Of a stretch of DNA of 64,000 nt, positions 28,410 to 39,415 are shown in pieces. The translations under genes were made by a program, and so were the position numbers. Position 1 is the stretch's first letter; each line of letters starts with the position of its first letter. The notes beneath the pieces were generated by a model that was given only the letters and a program-made list of their open reading frames with translations, had not been told where the DNA came from and did not search any database. The stretch is from positions 128,001 to 192,000 of the forward strand of contig JBMNIH010000007.1 of assembly GCA_050950825.1 (NCBI GenBank), given 5' to 3'. This stretch comes from Clostridia bacterium. Lineage in GTDB: Bacteria; Bacillota; Clostridia; JAAYHZ01.

Positions 28410-29738
28410 ATGCCAAATAACAAACATTTAACCCTTGACGACCGTAATTTCATACATACCGGTTTGAATAACGGGCTTTCTTTTCGTCAGATAGCCCTCC
28501 ATCTGGACAAGGATCCTTCCACAATTTCCAAAGAAATACGTAAAAATCGGGTTCCGATATTTACGGGTTCCGGCGGACGTACCCCTAATAGATGCATTCA
28601 TAGATTCTCTTGCACTACCTTTGGCTTATGCGACGACATGTCTTGCAGCAAATCATTTTGCAGACTCTGCAAAAAGTGCAACAGGTTATGTTCCAACTTC
28701 CAAGAAGAACATTGTCCGAAGCTTTCCAAGCCGCCTTATGTCTGCAACGGATGCAATCAAAAGGATATATGTGTATTGTCCAAATATTTCTATCGTGCTA
28801 TCCCCGCCAACGACAGCTATCGGCAGAATTTGGTCGACAGCCGAACGGGTATTTCTTTTTCGGAAGACGAGCTTGCGTATATGGATGAACTTCTCGCCCC
28901 TTTGGTGAAAAAGAAGCAATCCATCCATCATATTTGTGTATCTCAAGCCAATAAAATCCTGTGCAGTGAACGAACGATTTACAAACTGATCGACCAAGGC
29001 GTTCTGTCCATTCGTAATATTGATATGCCTCGAAAGGTAAGATATCGACCCCGACGCCGCGAATTGACTTTCAAAGTAGACAAACGTTGTCGTATCGGAC
29101 GTACCTATCAGGACTTTCAAAAGTATATGGAAGAACATCCTGATATTCCGGTAGTACAGATGGACACGGTCGAAGGAAAGAAAGGTGGAAAAGTTCTATT
29201 GACGATATTCTTTACTCGGTCGGACTTGATGTTGATTTTCCTGAGAGATCACAATACTTCGCAATCGGTCATCGATATTTTTAATTACTTGGACCGGTTG
29301 CTCGGCAGAGAGGATTTTATGAGATTGTTTCCGGTCATACTCAGTGATAACGGATCTGAGTTCACCAATCCGACAGCCATCGAGTATGATTCTTTTGGCA
29401 ACTTGCGAACAAGAATATTTTACTGTGAAAAATCTTCTCCGCATCAAAAAGCGGAAATCGAACGAAATCACGAATACATCCGCATGATTCTACCTAGAGG
29501 AACATCCTTTGATGGTTTATCTCAAAGCTCTGTTGATCTTTTGGCCAATCATATCAATTCACTGATAAGAAAAAAGCTGAATGACAAGCCCCCTATTGCT
29601 GTATTCAGCTTCTTTTATGGAGAAATGGTTCTCCAAAAATTAGGTCTTAAGGAAATTCCGGCGGATGAGGTTACGCTCACTCCGGCTTTGCTTAAGTCAT
29701 CGAAAGAGGTGTCTGATGATGAAAAAGATTTATCATGA
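28410..29738 (+). CDS. IS30-family transposase with Cys-rich insertion
   Basis: HTH (IA..L.KDPSTISKEIRKN), Cys cluster including CNGC, DDE motifs QMDTV, SDNGSEF, ERNHE; ATG after AAAGGAG. Confidence 0.93.
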   Translation: MPNNKHLTLDDRNFIHTGLNNGLSFRQIALHLDKDPSTISKEIRKNRVPIFTGSGGRTPNRCIHRFSCTTFGLCDDMSCSKSFCRLCKKCNRLCSNFQEEHCPKLSKPPYVCNGCNQKDICVLSKYFYRAIPANDSYRQNLVDSRTGISFSEDELAYMDELLAPLVKKKQSIHHICVSQANKILCSERTIYKLIDQGVLSIRNIDMPRKVRYRPRRRELTFKVDKRCRIGRTYQDFQKYMEEHPDIPVVQMDTVEGKKGGKVLLTIFFTRSDLMLIFLRDHNTSQSVIDIFNYLDRLLGREDFMRLFPVILSDNGSEFTNPTAIEYDSFGNLRTRIFYCEKSSPHQKAEIERNHEYIRMILPRGTSFDGLSQSSVDLLANHINSLIRKKLNDKPPIAVFSFFYGEMVLQKLGLKEIPADEVTLTPALLKSSKEVSDDEKDLS

Positions 29739-29907
29739 TGTTCTCTTTGATGAATACGGTAACTCAATACCTCTTTCAGCCGATGAATACATTGAATACC
29801 TATTGGAAAGCATCTACCGGCTCCGTGAAGAGCGGGATTTGCTGAAGAACCAATTAGCCGAAATCCAATCAATTCTCAATCCAACGGATTCGGCGATTGA
29901 TTACTAA
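29716..29907 (+). CDS. Small IS-internal accessory ORF (63 aa, acidic, coiled-coil-like)
   Basis: GAGGTG RBS, overlaps the transposase stop, lies inside the IS ends. Confidence 0.6.
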   Translation: MMKKIYHDVLFDEYGNSIPLSADEYIEYLLESIYRLREERDLLKNQLAEIQSILNPTDSAIDY

Positions 29908-30335
29908 AAAACAGTAACACCGAATGCTTGCCGAGATACAACATCATCTAATCACCTCATCCTAGAGGGGTAGAATTTAGTATTGCGAAAAACTGCGACT
30001 TCATTCTACCTTATGTTTGCTATACCCAACTTTAGCCTATATACCTAACTTCCCCTTAATTTTACCACTATTTAAGCACTAAAAACATAACTGCATTGTA
30101 TTTTTTAACTTTTCTACAGAACTTACTTCTGCAAACTAGATTTTACTTTTGCAATTGAGCAAATTTTTATTGATTTACAAAAGCACAAAAGTATAAAAGA
30201 GCGGATTTGCCGTAAAACAGGAGTATTGTTCAATTGCATAGTTTTATTATAACCTTAAGAGAAACCGGTAGAATAGAAATGGCATCCGATTGATAGACTT
30301 AAGGTTTAATCGATATTCAAATCAAAGGAATTACA

Positions 30336-30394
30336 TTGACAATGACATCTTTGGCATGGTATAAATAGATGTTATATTGTTATCAATTTAACAA
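30336..30394 (+). promoter_or_regulatory. SigA promoter plus Rex operator upstream of nfnAB
   Basis: TTGACA(30336)..TGGTATAAA; TTGTTATCAATTTAACAA at 30377-30394 has one mismatch to TTGTTAA-N4-TTAACAA. Confidence 0.75.
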
Positions 30395-30416
30395 AAATTT
30401 GTTTAGGAGGTTCCAT

Positions 30417-32644
<2,228 letters not shown>

Positions 32645-32653
32645 AAGGAATTG

Positions 32654-32696
32654 AAAAAAGATACGGCATTCCAAAGAAGGTTTGCCGTATCTATTT
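32654..32696. terminator. Terminator between convergent genes
   Basis: agatacggca-N14-tgccgtatct with flanking A/T runs. Confidence 0.65.
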
Positions 32697-32712
32697 GCTT
32701 TTTCATGTTTTT

Positions 32713-33711
32713 TTATGCCTTTTTATTCTCCAAGGTCCAACGAATTTCCGTCCAATGCTTTACGCACAGATTGTCCTCCCGCTTGTAGAAGGTTTCCAAT
32801 GTGTTGTTCTTTCTATCGAACAAAGAGCGTTCAATTATGGATTCTCCTTGCGCATTTTCTTTATAAGTTTCCGCTATGATGTATTCGGTTTCTTCGGGAG
32901 GTACGATTTCTTTGGGCAGCTTCCCCGGAAGGTATTCTTCCTTCCGTAAGAGGGTACCGTCTTTTCCCATATACAAAAGGACGATTTCCGAAGGAGAGTA
33001 CATGGCGGCAACGGTTATAGTAACGGATGTATGGATTTCTTTTTTCCGCTTGTTTTCAATCACGGAAATCGTTTCTTCGCAGGTTTTCGTATAACGCGCC
33101 CCCTCTCCTTGGTCTGCGTCGATGTAAAAGCCGCTGCCCGAGATCAAATAGACGCTTCCGTCGGCCTTTTGGTAAACGGGATTGAAAAAGTAGGTATACC
33201 GATCTTGAGCCGTCGAAGAAACGTAAAGGGTTCCTTCCAAGATGACGGATTCTTTGTCATCGCTATCGTTAAAATGAACCTTCGAGTCGGCGATTCCTTC
33301 TCCGGAGCTTGCGTATCGGTAGCCCGGACCCTCCGGGCCTTCCGGAACACAGGCCGAGAAGAAGTTTATGCCTTGAAGACCCTCAAAAACATATTCTTTG
33401 GTTGTAAAGGTTGTTCCGGTAACCTCTTCGGTTAGAGTTTTTGTAGACAATACGGCATACAAACGGCCTTGGTAATCCTCGCTTTGGAGAGCCTTTCCCC
33501 AAAGGTTCTCCGGCTTATTGCTTGATAACATGTCATCGAAATACTTTTCATGATCGAAAAGGTCCAAGTATTCGTAAGTGATGAAAAAGCCGATGAACCG
33601 ATCTTGACCGTTGAGATCTCCGTCTTCTTGGGCAAGCCGGATGCAGCCGGTTAACGAGAGCAAGATGCCGAAAGCGGCAAAAACGGATAAAATTCTTCTT
33701 AATTTATTCAT
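32713..33711 (-). CDS. Hypothetical lipoprotein
   Basis: MNKLRR + hydrophobic core + LTGC lipobox; GGAGG RBS. Confidence 0.75.
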   Translation of the reverse strand: MNKLRRILSVFAAFGILLSLTGCIRLAQEDGDLNGQDRFIGFFITYEYLDLFDHEKYFDDMLSSNKPENLWGKALQSEDYQGRLYAVLSTKTLTEEVTGTTFTTKEYVFEGLQGINFFSACVPEGPEGPGYRYASSGEGIADSKVHFNDSDDKESVILEGTLYVSSTAQDRYTYFFNPVYQKADGSVYLISGSGFYIDADQGEGARYTKTCEETISVIENKRKKEIHTSVTITVAAMYSPSEIVLLYMGKDGTLLRKEEYLPGKLPKEIVPPEETEYIIAETYKENAQGESIIERSLFDRKNNTLETFYKREDNLCVKHWTEIRWTLENKKA

Positions 33712-33940
33712 GGTCCTCCGTATCCTCCATATCCAAAATTCCGTCAAATTTTAAAATGTCTCCTACATCGCAGTTTAAGTAATAGCATATCTTGTTGATG
33801 GTACTAAACCTTATTCCTTTCGCTTTTCCGCTGCGCAAGATGGATAAATTGGCTTCCGTTATACCCACCAAAGCGCTTAGTTCCTTCGAGGTCATTCCGC
33901 GTGCTTTCAGCACTTCTTCAAGATAAACCTTAATCGCCAT
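33704..33940 (-). CDS. YozG-like Cro/C1 HTH transcriptional regulator
   Basis: VGITEANLSILRSGKAKGIRFST..GDI. Confidence 0.9.
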   Translation of the reverse strand: MAIKVYLEEVLKARGMTSKELSALVGITEANLSILRSGKAKGIRFSTINKICYYLNCDVGDILKFDGILDMEDTEDHE

Positions 33941-33953
33941 GTTTGCCTCCCGG

Positions 33954-34922
33954 TTATATAATCATGTCGTTATCTTCTTTTAACGCTTTGCTTTCTTTGA
34001 GAATCTCCGTTAAAAGCAGGATTGCCGACATGAAAACAACGGACACTATAGGAATTTTTACCGTACCGTGCAAAACTCTAAGTGACCGGAAGAACAAAAG
34101 CTGTAAAAGGTTAAACGCCATATAGGAAATGGCCGTAATCGTCAAAGCCCTTCGGCATGCCTTGGCAAGGCTTCCTGAAGCTTCCACCGCTCTTTCGGAG
34201 TACTTTCCCTCTTTCAACTCATTTATGAGATTTATAGCGAAAAAGATCACCGTGACGTTGAGCATATCGGGCAAGGCGTTAACGACATATTGCAAAACCA
34301 AAAAGAAATAGCTTAATCCCAAACCGCTTTCCGTCCCTTTGTTGCCTTCCCGAAGCGCTCTTATGTTTTCCAATAGGCCTCCGAATTGAAAGCCGAAGGC
34401 ATTAAGGACAAAAAGCGCACACAACAAATACAAAAGAATGTTTAAATACGTAAATAGCTTGCCTGTGTCTGCGGCAAAAAAGAGCCTGAGGACGCGAAGG
34501 ATGATGTACGTGAAAAGTACGGAATATATCATGCTTCCCAACAAAGCTTTTCCCATGCTTTCCCCGAAACCCAAATTCATCGGTGCTTTGATCAGTCCCG
34601 GATTGACCATATAGTAAAGGACAAAAAACAGCAACAGGCTTAACAGGACCAATAGATAATCTTCTCCCTTCGGCTTTCTTTTTTTAAGAGCAAAAAACAA
34701 ATATGCACCGGGTATCAGGCTTATCAGAACGTAAAGAACAAGAGCGAAAAAATTCCCTACGAATCCGGACAAGGAAAGAAACCTCAATCCTGCACCGATT
34801 TGCTCGAATGGAAACGCGATCATGGAAGAAAAAATCCACGGCAGGGATGCTTGTGCCAAGAATAAAACGATACAAAATACGGCTTCCGCGCCTAAGAATA
34901 AAACCAACCCTTTCCTTTTCAT
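33954..34922 (-). CDS. Multi-pass membrane protein with DUF2975-like C-terminus
   Basis: Several TM helices; C-terminal LKEDND.II motif; adjacent to YozG-like HTH. Confidence 0.7.
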   Translation of the reverse strand: MKRKGLVLFLGAEAVFCIVLFLAQASLPWIFSSMIAFPFEQIGAGLRFLSLSGFVGNFFALVLYVLISLIPGAYLFFALKKRKPKGEDYLLVLLSLLLFFVLYYMVNPGLIKAPMNLGFGESMGKALLGSMIYSVLFTYIILRVLRLFFAADTGKLFTYLNILLYLLCALFVLNAFGFQFGGLLENIRALREGNKGTESGLGLSYFFLVLQYVVNALPDMLNVTVIFFAINLINELKEGKYSERAVEASGSLAKACRRALTITAISYMAFNLLQLLFFRSLRVLHGTVKIPIVSVVFMSAILLLTEILKESKALKEDNDMII

Positions 34923-34933
34923 AAAACCTCCCG

Positions 34934-34996
34934 AATTATCGTAAAACAATAATTTTGTTATCAGTATATGCTCGAAATTATCGTTTGTCAATAATT
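34934..34996 (-). promoter_or_regulatory. SigA promoter flanked by two palindromic operators
   Basis: TTGACA(34991)-17-TATACT(34968); AATTATCG-N5-CAATAATT at 34934-54 and 34976-96. Confidence 0.75.
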
Positions 34997-35121
34997 TTTT
35001 TTAAAATTCGGAATCGCTTCATGTCTTTGTAAAGCCGGTAATTATGTAACCTTTCACAAGATTCCGTCATATATTAAACTGTGTTGCTTATTCTACATAA
35101 ATTTTGATGGAGGTGAAAACC

Positions 35122-35286
35122 GTGAAATACAAAGAATTACTGACCCAGTGCAAACAGAATCCGGGTTGGTTGGCGTCTAGCGAGCAAAAAGACAAGATTG
35201 CTCAAGCTAAATATATGGAATGGATGGACAAAATAGACAAAGAACATATTAAGAAAGCAACACAAAACAAGGATCGGAAAATTTGA
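35122..35286 (+). CDS. Small hypothetical protein (54 aa)
   Basis: GGAGGTG RBS before GTG; downstream terminator at 35313-35338. Confidence 0.55.
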   Translation: MKYKELLTQCKQNPGWLASSEQKDKIAQAKYMEWMDKIDKEHIKKATQNKDRKI

Positions 35287-35312
35287 ACGGCTCTGCTCCT
35301 TGATTCTTTTTG

Positions 35313-35338
35313 AAAAAAACCGTTTACACGGTTTTTTT
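35313..35338. terminator. Intrinsic terminator
   Basis: aaaaaaaccgt-ttac-acggttttttt. Confidence 0.75.
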
Positions 35339-35347
35339 CTTTGGAAT

Positions 35348-35378
35348 AAAAAATATCCGTACCTTACGTACGGATATT
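35348..35378 (-). terminator. Terminator of the tRNA-Gly pair
   Basis: aatatccgtac-N-gtacggatatt followed by a U-run on the minus strand. Confidence 0.75.
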
Positions 35379-35451
35379 GGAGCGGGTGAAGGGAATCGAA
35401 CCCTCGCAATCAGCTTGGAAGGCTGATGTTCTACCATTGAACTACACCCGC
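35378..35451 (-). tRNA. tRNA-Gly(UCC)
   Basis: GCGGGTGTAGTTCAATGG..., loop ctTCCaa, CCA end. Confidence 0.96.
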
Positions 35452-35454
35452 AGG

Positions 35455-35529
35455 TGGAGCGGGTTACGAGATTCGAACTCGCGACTTTCACCTTGGCAAG
35501 GTGACACTCTACCGCTGAGTTAAACCCGC
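35455..35529 (-). tRNA. tRNA-Gly(GCC)
   Basis: Loop ttGCCaa, CCA end; consensus promoter TTGACA(35568)-17-TATAAT(35545). Confidence 0.96.
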
Positions 35530-35694
35530 GTGCTTTGTCATTATAAAATACGAAATTCTTCTTGTCAACGGGAAATTTTCGATTCTTTTTTGAAAAGGCT
35601 AGCCGTGGGAATAAATCATTCGTATAATTTGAATGTTCATAGTATAATATGTATAAGGAAGTATGTAAATGATTCCGGGAGGATGAGACGAAAG

Positions 35695-36627
35695 ATGATG
35701 GTAGCGGATAAGATGGAGCTGTGTCTGAAAGAAATACGGGAAATCGTAGGGGAATCGAACGTAGAAACCCATGTACCCTTGAAGCAATACACTTCTTTTC
35801 GAATCGGGGGACCTGCGGACATAATGGCCTTTCCGTCGGATATTGAATCCTTGACGCGATTAATACAATATCTTTCCCGAAATCAAATCAACCGGCTGCT
35901 ATTGGGCAACGGAACCAATCTGCTGGTTTCCGACAAAGGGTTCCGAGGAGTGGTAATCCACACCGGCAAGCACTTAAAATCCATTGCGGTAAAAGAGGAA
36001 GAGAACCGAATATACGCCCAATGCGGTGCGTCCTTGGCCGCCGTTTCGGCTGCCGCTTTAAAACACGGCTTAAGAGGATTGGAGTTTGCCTCCGGAATTC
36101 CCGGAACAATGGGAGGAGCTCTTTTTATGAATGCCGGAGCCTACGGGTCCACCATGAGCGACGTAGTGGAATCGACGATCGCTTTGGATGAACAAGGAGG
36201 TCTGTGTACCATTCGAAAAGAGGAGCATGATTTCGGCTATCGTAACAGCTGTTTTCGGAAAAAATGTCTGTTTGTTTTGGAAACCGAATTAAAGCTTGAG
36301 CCTGGCAATTATAACGAAATAAGAGACAAAATGAACGAATTGAATATGAAAAGAAAAACATGCCAGCCCCTGGAATACCCGTCGGCAGGCAGCGTTTTTA
36401 AAAGACCGGAAGGATGCTTTGCGGGAAATTTGATCGAAGATTCGGGATTAAAGGGATATACTATCGGCGGTGCGTGCGTCAGCGAAAAACATGCCGGCTT
36501 TATTATCAATAAGGGATCGGCTACGGCGGACGATGTCAATCGGTTAATCAATCATATCATATCGGTAGTATACGACCGATTCCATGTGACATTGGAGCCG
36601 GAAATCATACGGATCGGGGAGTTTTAA
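35695..36627 (+). CDS. murB: UDP-N-acetylenolpyruvoylglucosamine reductase
   Basis: IGGPAD, GNGTN, GIPGT.GG..MNAGAYG, QPLEYPSAGSVFK, KHAGFI; start codon uncertain. Confidence 0.95.
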   Translation: MMVADKMELCLKEIREIVGESNVETHVPLKQYTSFRIGGPADIMAFPSDIESLTRLIQYLSRNQINRLLLGNGTNLLVSDKGFRGVVIHTGKHLKSIAVKEEENRIYAQCGASLAAVSAAALKHGLRGLEFASGIPGTMGGALFMNAGAYGSTMSDVVESTIALDEQGGLCTIRKEEHDFGYRNSCFRKKCLFVLETELKLEPGNYNEIRDKMNELNMKRKTCQPLEYPSAGSVFKRPEGCFAGNLIEDSGLKGYTIGGACVSEKHAGFIINKGSATADDVNRLINHIISVVYDRFHVTLEPEIIRIGEF

Positions 36628-36631
36628 TATT

Positions 36632-37498
36632 ATGGAAGGCAAAACAAGGTTGATTATCATTACGGGTATGTCCGGAGCGGGCAAATCCACCGCCGCCAAT
36701 TACTTTGAAGACAAAGGATTTTTCTGTGTGGACAATTTGCCTTTGTTCTTGCTGCCCAAAATCGCCACATTAGGCTCCAACGGAAAGGGCGGATATGCCG
36801 ATACCACCGTTGTGGTGGATATACGGGAAAGGGACCTTTTAAAGGATCTTCCTTCCGTATTGGACGAAATGAAGCAAAACGACATCGACTATGAAATTCT
36901 TTTTCTGGATGCCGACGACAATACCATTATTCGACGGTATAAAGAAACGAGAAGGTCTCATCCTTTGGGAAAAGACTATAGTCTTCCGGACGCCATCGCT
37001 AAAGAAAGAGAGATCTTAGCGGACATTAAAGCCAGAGCCGATTACGTTATCGACAACTCCAATATGCTTACAAGAGAGTTTCTGCAGGAGCTGGATAATA
37101 TTATCTTGAAAAGGCAATACACCGGTCTGGTGATCAATATCATATCCTTCGGCTACAAATACGGAATCCCGGTAGAAAGCGACTTGGTTTTTGACGTACG
37201 CTTTTTACCGAATCCCTATTACGTGCCCTCCTTGAAGCATTTGACGGGAAAAAGCCAAGCGGTGAAAAATTTCATTTTCCGCCATGACGACACAAAAATT
37301 TTTTTGGACAAGCTTACGGAGATGCTTTTGTTTTTAATACCGCGATATATAAAGGAAGGAAAACAGCACTTGGTTATCGGTATCGGATGCACCGGAGGGC
37401 GGCATCGGTCCGTAGCGATTGCCAACGAGGTCGCCGCCTGCTTGAAAAAAGAAGGCTATTCCGTTGTTTGCAGGCACCGGGATGTTCAGGGTAAATAG
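36632..37498 (+). CDS. rapZ: RNase adapter RapZ (YvcJ) P-loop protein
   Basis: TGMSGAGKS, DNLP, SFGYKYG, DVRFLPNP, GCTGG.HRSV. Confidence 0.95.
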   Translation: MEGKTRLIIITGMSGAGKSTAANYFEDKGFFCVDNLPLFLLPKIATLGSNGKGGYADTTVVVDIRERDLLKDLPSVLDEMKQNDIDYEILFLDADDNTIIRRYKETRRSHPLGKDYSLPDAIAKEREILADIKARADYVIDNSNMLTREFLQELDNIILKRQYTGLVINIISFGYKYGIPVESDLVFDVRFLPNPYYVPSLKHLTGKSQAVKNFIFRHDDTKIFLDKLTEMLLFLIPRYIKEGKQHLVIGIGCTGGRHRSVAIANEVAACLKKEGYSVVCRHRDVQGK

Positions 37499-37576
37499 CA
37501 TACGATACATACGTATGATATATATAGTAGAAAAACGGTAGAAAAGAATCAAAAAGAAAGAATTTGAAAGGTTGAT

Positions 37577-38734
37577 ATGAAGGAAATAACATTAACCGCA
37601 ACGTGTATATTCGGCGTGGAATCCATTTTGGCAAGAGAAATTCGGGATTTGGGATACCCGGAGGTTGAAACGAAGGACGGCAGGGTATCCTTTTCTTGTA
37701 ATTATTCGGACATACCGAAAGCCAACATCCGATTGCGGGTTGCCGAACGGGTTTTGCTGAAGGTTGCCGAATTTCCGGCGGAAACCTTTGACGAGCTGTA
37801 TGATCGGATCAAAGGAATCGATTGGGATATGTATTTATCGAAGGAAGCTTCTTTTCCTGTAGACGTAACCAGCATCAACTCTCGCTTGTTCGGTATATCC
37901 GCCTGCCAATCCATTGTAAAAAAAGCCATCGTGGACAAGCTTCGGTCCAAATACAAAATGGAAGTTTTCCCGGAAAGCGGACCCTGCTACAAGGTATCGG
38001 TGGCCTTGTTGAATAATTTGGCCGCCGTATATATCGATACCTCCGGAGTCGGGCTTCACAAAAGAGGCTACCGAACTTTGACGGGCGCCGCCCCCTTGAA
38101 AGAAACCTTGGCGGCGGCAATGATTATGATCAGCCGGTGGAAAAAGGACAGGGTTTTGCTTGACCCTTTGTGCGGAACCGGAACCATCCCCATTGAAGCG
38201 GCTCTTATCGGAAAAAACATCGCTCCCGGATTAGGGAGAAGCTTTGTTTCGGAAGGGTGGCTTCAAATCGCCGAAAAGGATTGGGTACATGCTCGGGAAG
38301 AAGCCCGGGATTTGATCGATAGATCCGTAAAGCTCAATATTCAAGGAACGGATATCGACGATAAGGCCTTGGACATGGCAAGGTATCATTCGCGGATGGC
38401 CGGTACCGAAGGGGATATTCATTTCCAAAGAAGAGACGTAAGAGAAATCTCATCATCCAAGCAGTACGGGTTCATTATATGCAATCCTCCCTACGGAGAA
38501 AGGATCGGAGATAAACGGGAGGTGGAAAAGCTCTACGAAGATATGGGAAAAGTCTTCGAGAAATTCCCGACGTGGTCCAAATATATTTTGACTCCTCATA
38601 AGGAATTTGAGAGGCTTTACGGGAAAAAGGCGGATAAAAGAAGAAAGCTGTACAACGGCATGATCAGCTGTACGTATTACCAATATTTCGGAACAAAGCC
38701 CCCGAAACGACAAAATTTCGAGACGGAAAATTAA
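37577..38734 (+). CDS. THUMP-domain SAM-dependent RNA methyltransferase (YpsC/RlmL-like)
   Basis: LHKRGYR, APLKETLAA, DPLCGTGT, NPPYGER. Confidence 0.92.
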   Translation: MKEITLTATCIFGVESILAREIRDLGYPEVETKDGRVSFSCNYSDIPKANIRLRVAERVLLKVAEFPAETFDELYDRIKGIDWDMYLSKEASFPVDVTSINSRLFGISACQSIVKKAIVDKLRSKYKMEVFPESGPCYKVSVALLNNLAAVYIDTSGVGLHKRGYRTLTGAAPLKETLAAAMIMISRWKKDRVLLDPLCGTGTIPIEAALIGKNIAPGLGRSFVSEGWLQIAEKDWVHAREEARDLIDRSVKLNIQGTDIDDKALDMARYHSRMAGTEGDIHFQRRDVREISSSKQYGFIICNPPYGERIGDKREVEKLYEDMGKVFEKFPTWSKYILTPHKEFERLYGKKADKRRKLYNGMISCTYYQYFGTKPPKRQNFETEN

Positions 38735-38753
38735 AAAAAGTTAAAAAAAGTTC

Positions 38754-39041
38754 TTGCATTGCAAAGAGTGTTGTAGTAGAATACTACATGCTGTGATGAG
38801 ACATACGATGATTTGGGAGATTGCTACTCTTTGAAGTAGGGAACTTCCAAGGAGAATGTCCGATTCTAGAAACCGGGCGCCTAGTCACTGTGCAATTATA
38901 TGCGGTATGATTATTGAAACGATGGCCCAGGTGAGGTATATCCATTTTTCCCTGGGTTTTTAAATTGCCTGATATGATACACCCGGTAGAGTGTAAAGAC
39001 TAAGATACGAGATGAAGATAGGAGAACAAGGAGGCAAAGCA
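38754..39041 (+). promoter_or_regulatory. S10 operon promoter and long structured 5' leader (probable clostridial S10 r-leader)
   Basis: TTGCAT(38754)-17-TAGAAT(38777); ~250-nt leader with stems such as ctact/agtag and cccagg/cctggg. Confidence 0.7.
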
Positions 39042-39351
39042 ATGGAACAAAAAATCAGAATCAGATTAAAAGCATTTGATCACAATTTGCTTGACCAGTC
39101 TGCTGAGAAAATTGTTGAAACCGCGAAAAGAACGGGAGCGAACATATCCGGACCGGTACCCGCTACCCACAAAAAAGGAAGTTATCACGATTTTGAGAGC
39201 ACCTCATAAGTATAAGGATGCTCGCGAGCAATTTGAAATGAGAACGCACAAAAGGTTGATCGACATCTTAAAGCCGACTCCGAAATCAATCGACGCTTTA
39301 ATGAGATTGGATCTGCCTGCCGGTGTGGACATTGAAATCAAGCTGATATAG
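39042..39351 (+). CDS. rpsJ: 30S ribosomal protein S10, interrupted by an apparent +1 frameshift at 39159-39161
   Basis: [17 protein letters not shown] in one frame and [26 protein letters not shown] in the +1 frame; removing one C restores a 102-aa S10. Confidence 0.93.
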
Positions 39352-39415
39352 CTTAAAATAAAAAGGTTACGTTCATTGATTGCGAATGAACCTCTGACCT
39401 AAGGGAGGTAAAAAG

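Larger units (their letters stand above)
28099..30160 (+). mobile_element. IS30-family insertion sequence (~2.06 kb) with 13-14 bp flanking direct repeat
   Basis: aaatttttattgat at 28086-28099 and 30161-30174; imperfect IR attgcaaaattaaattcta (28117-35) / tagattttacttttgcaat (30137-55); contains the transposase. Confidence 0.85.
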
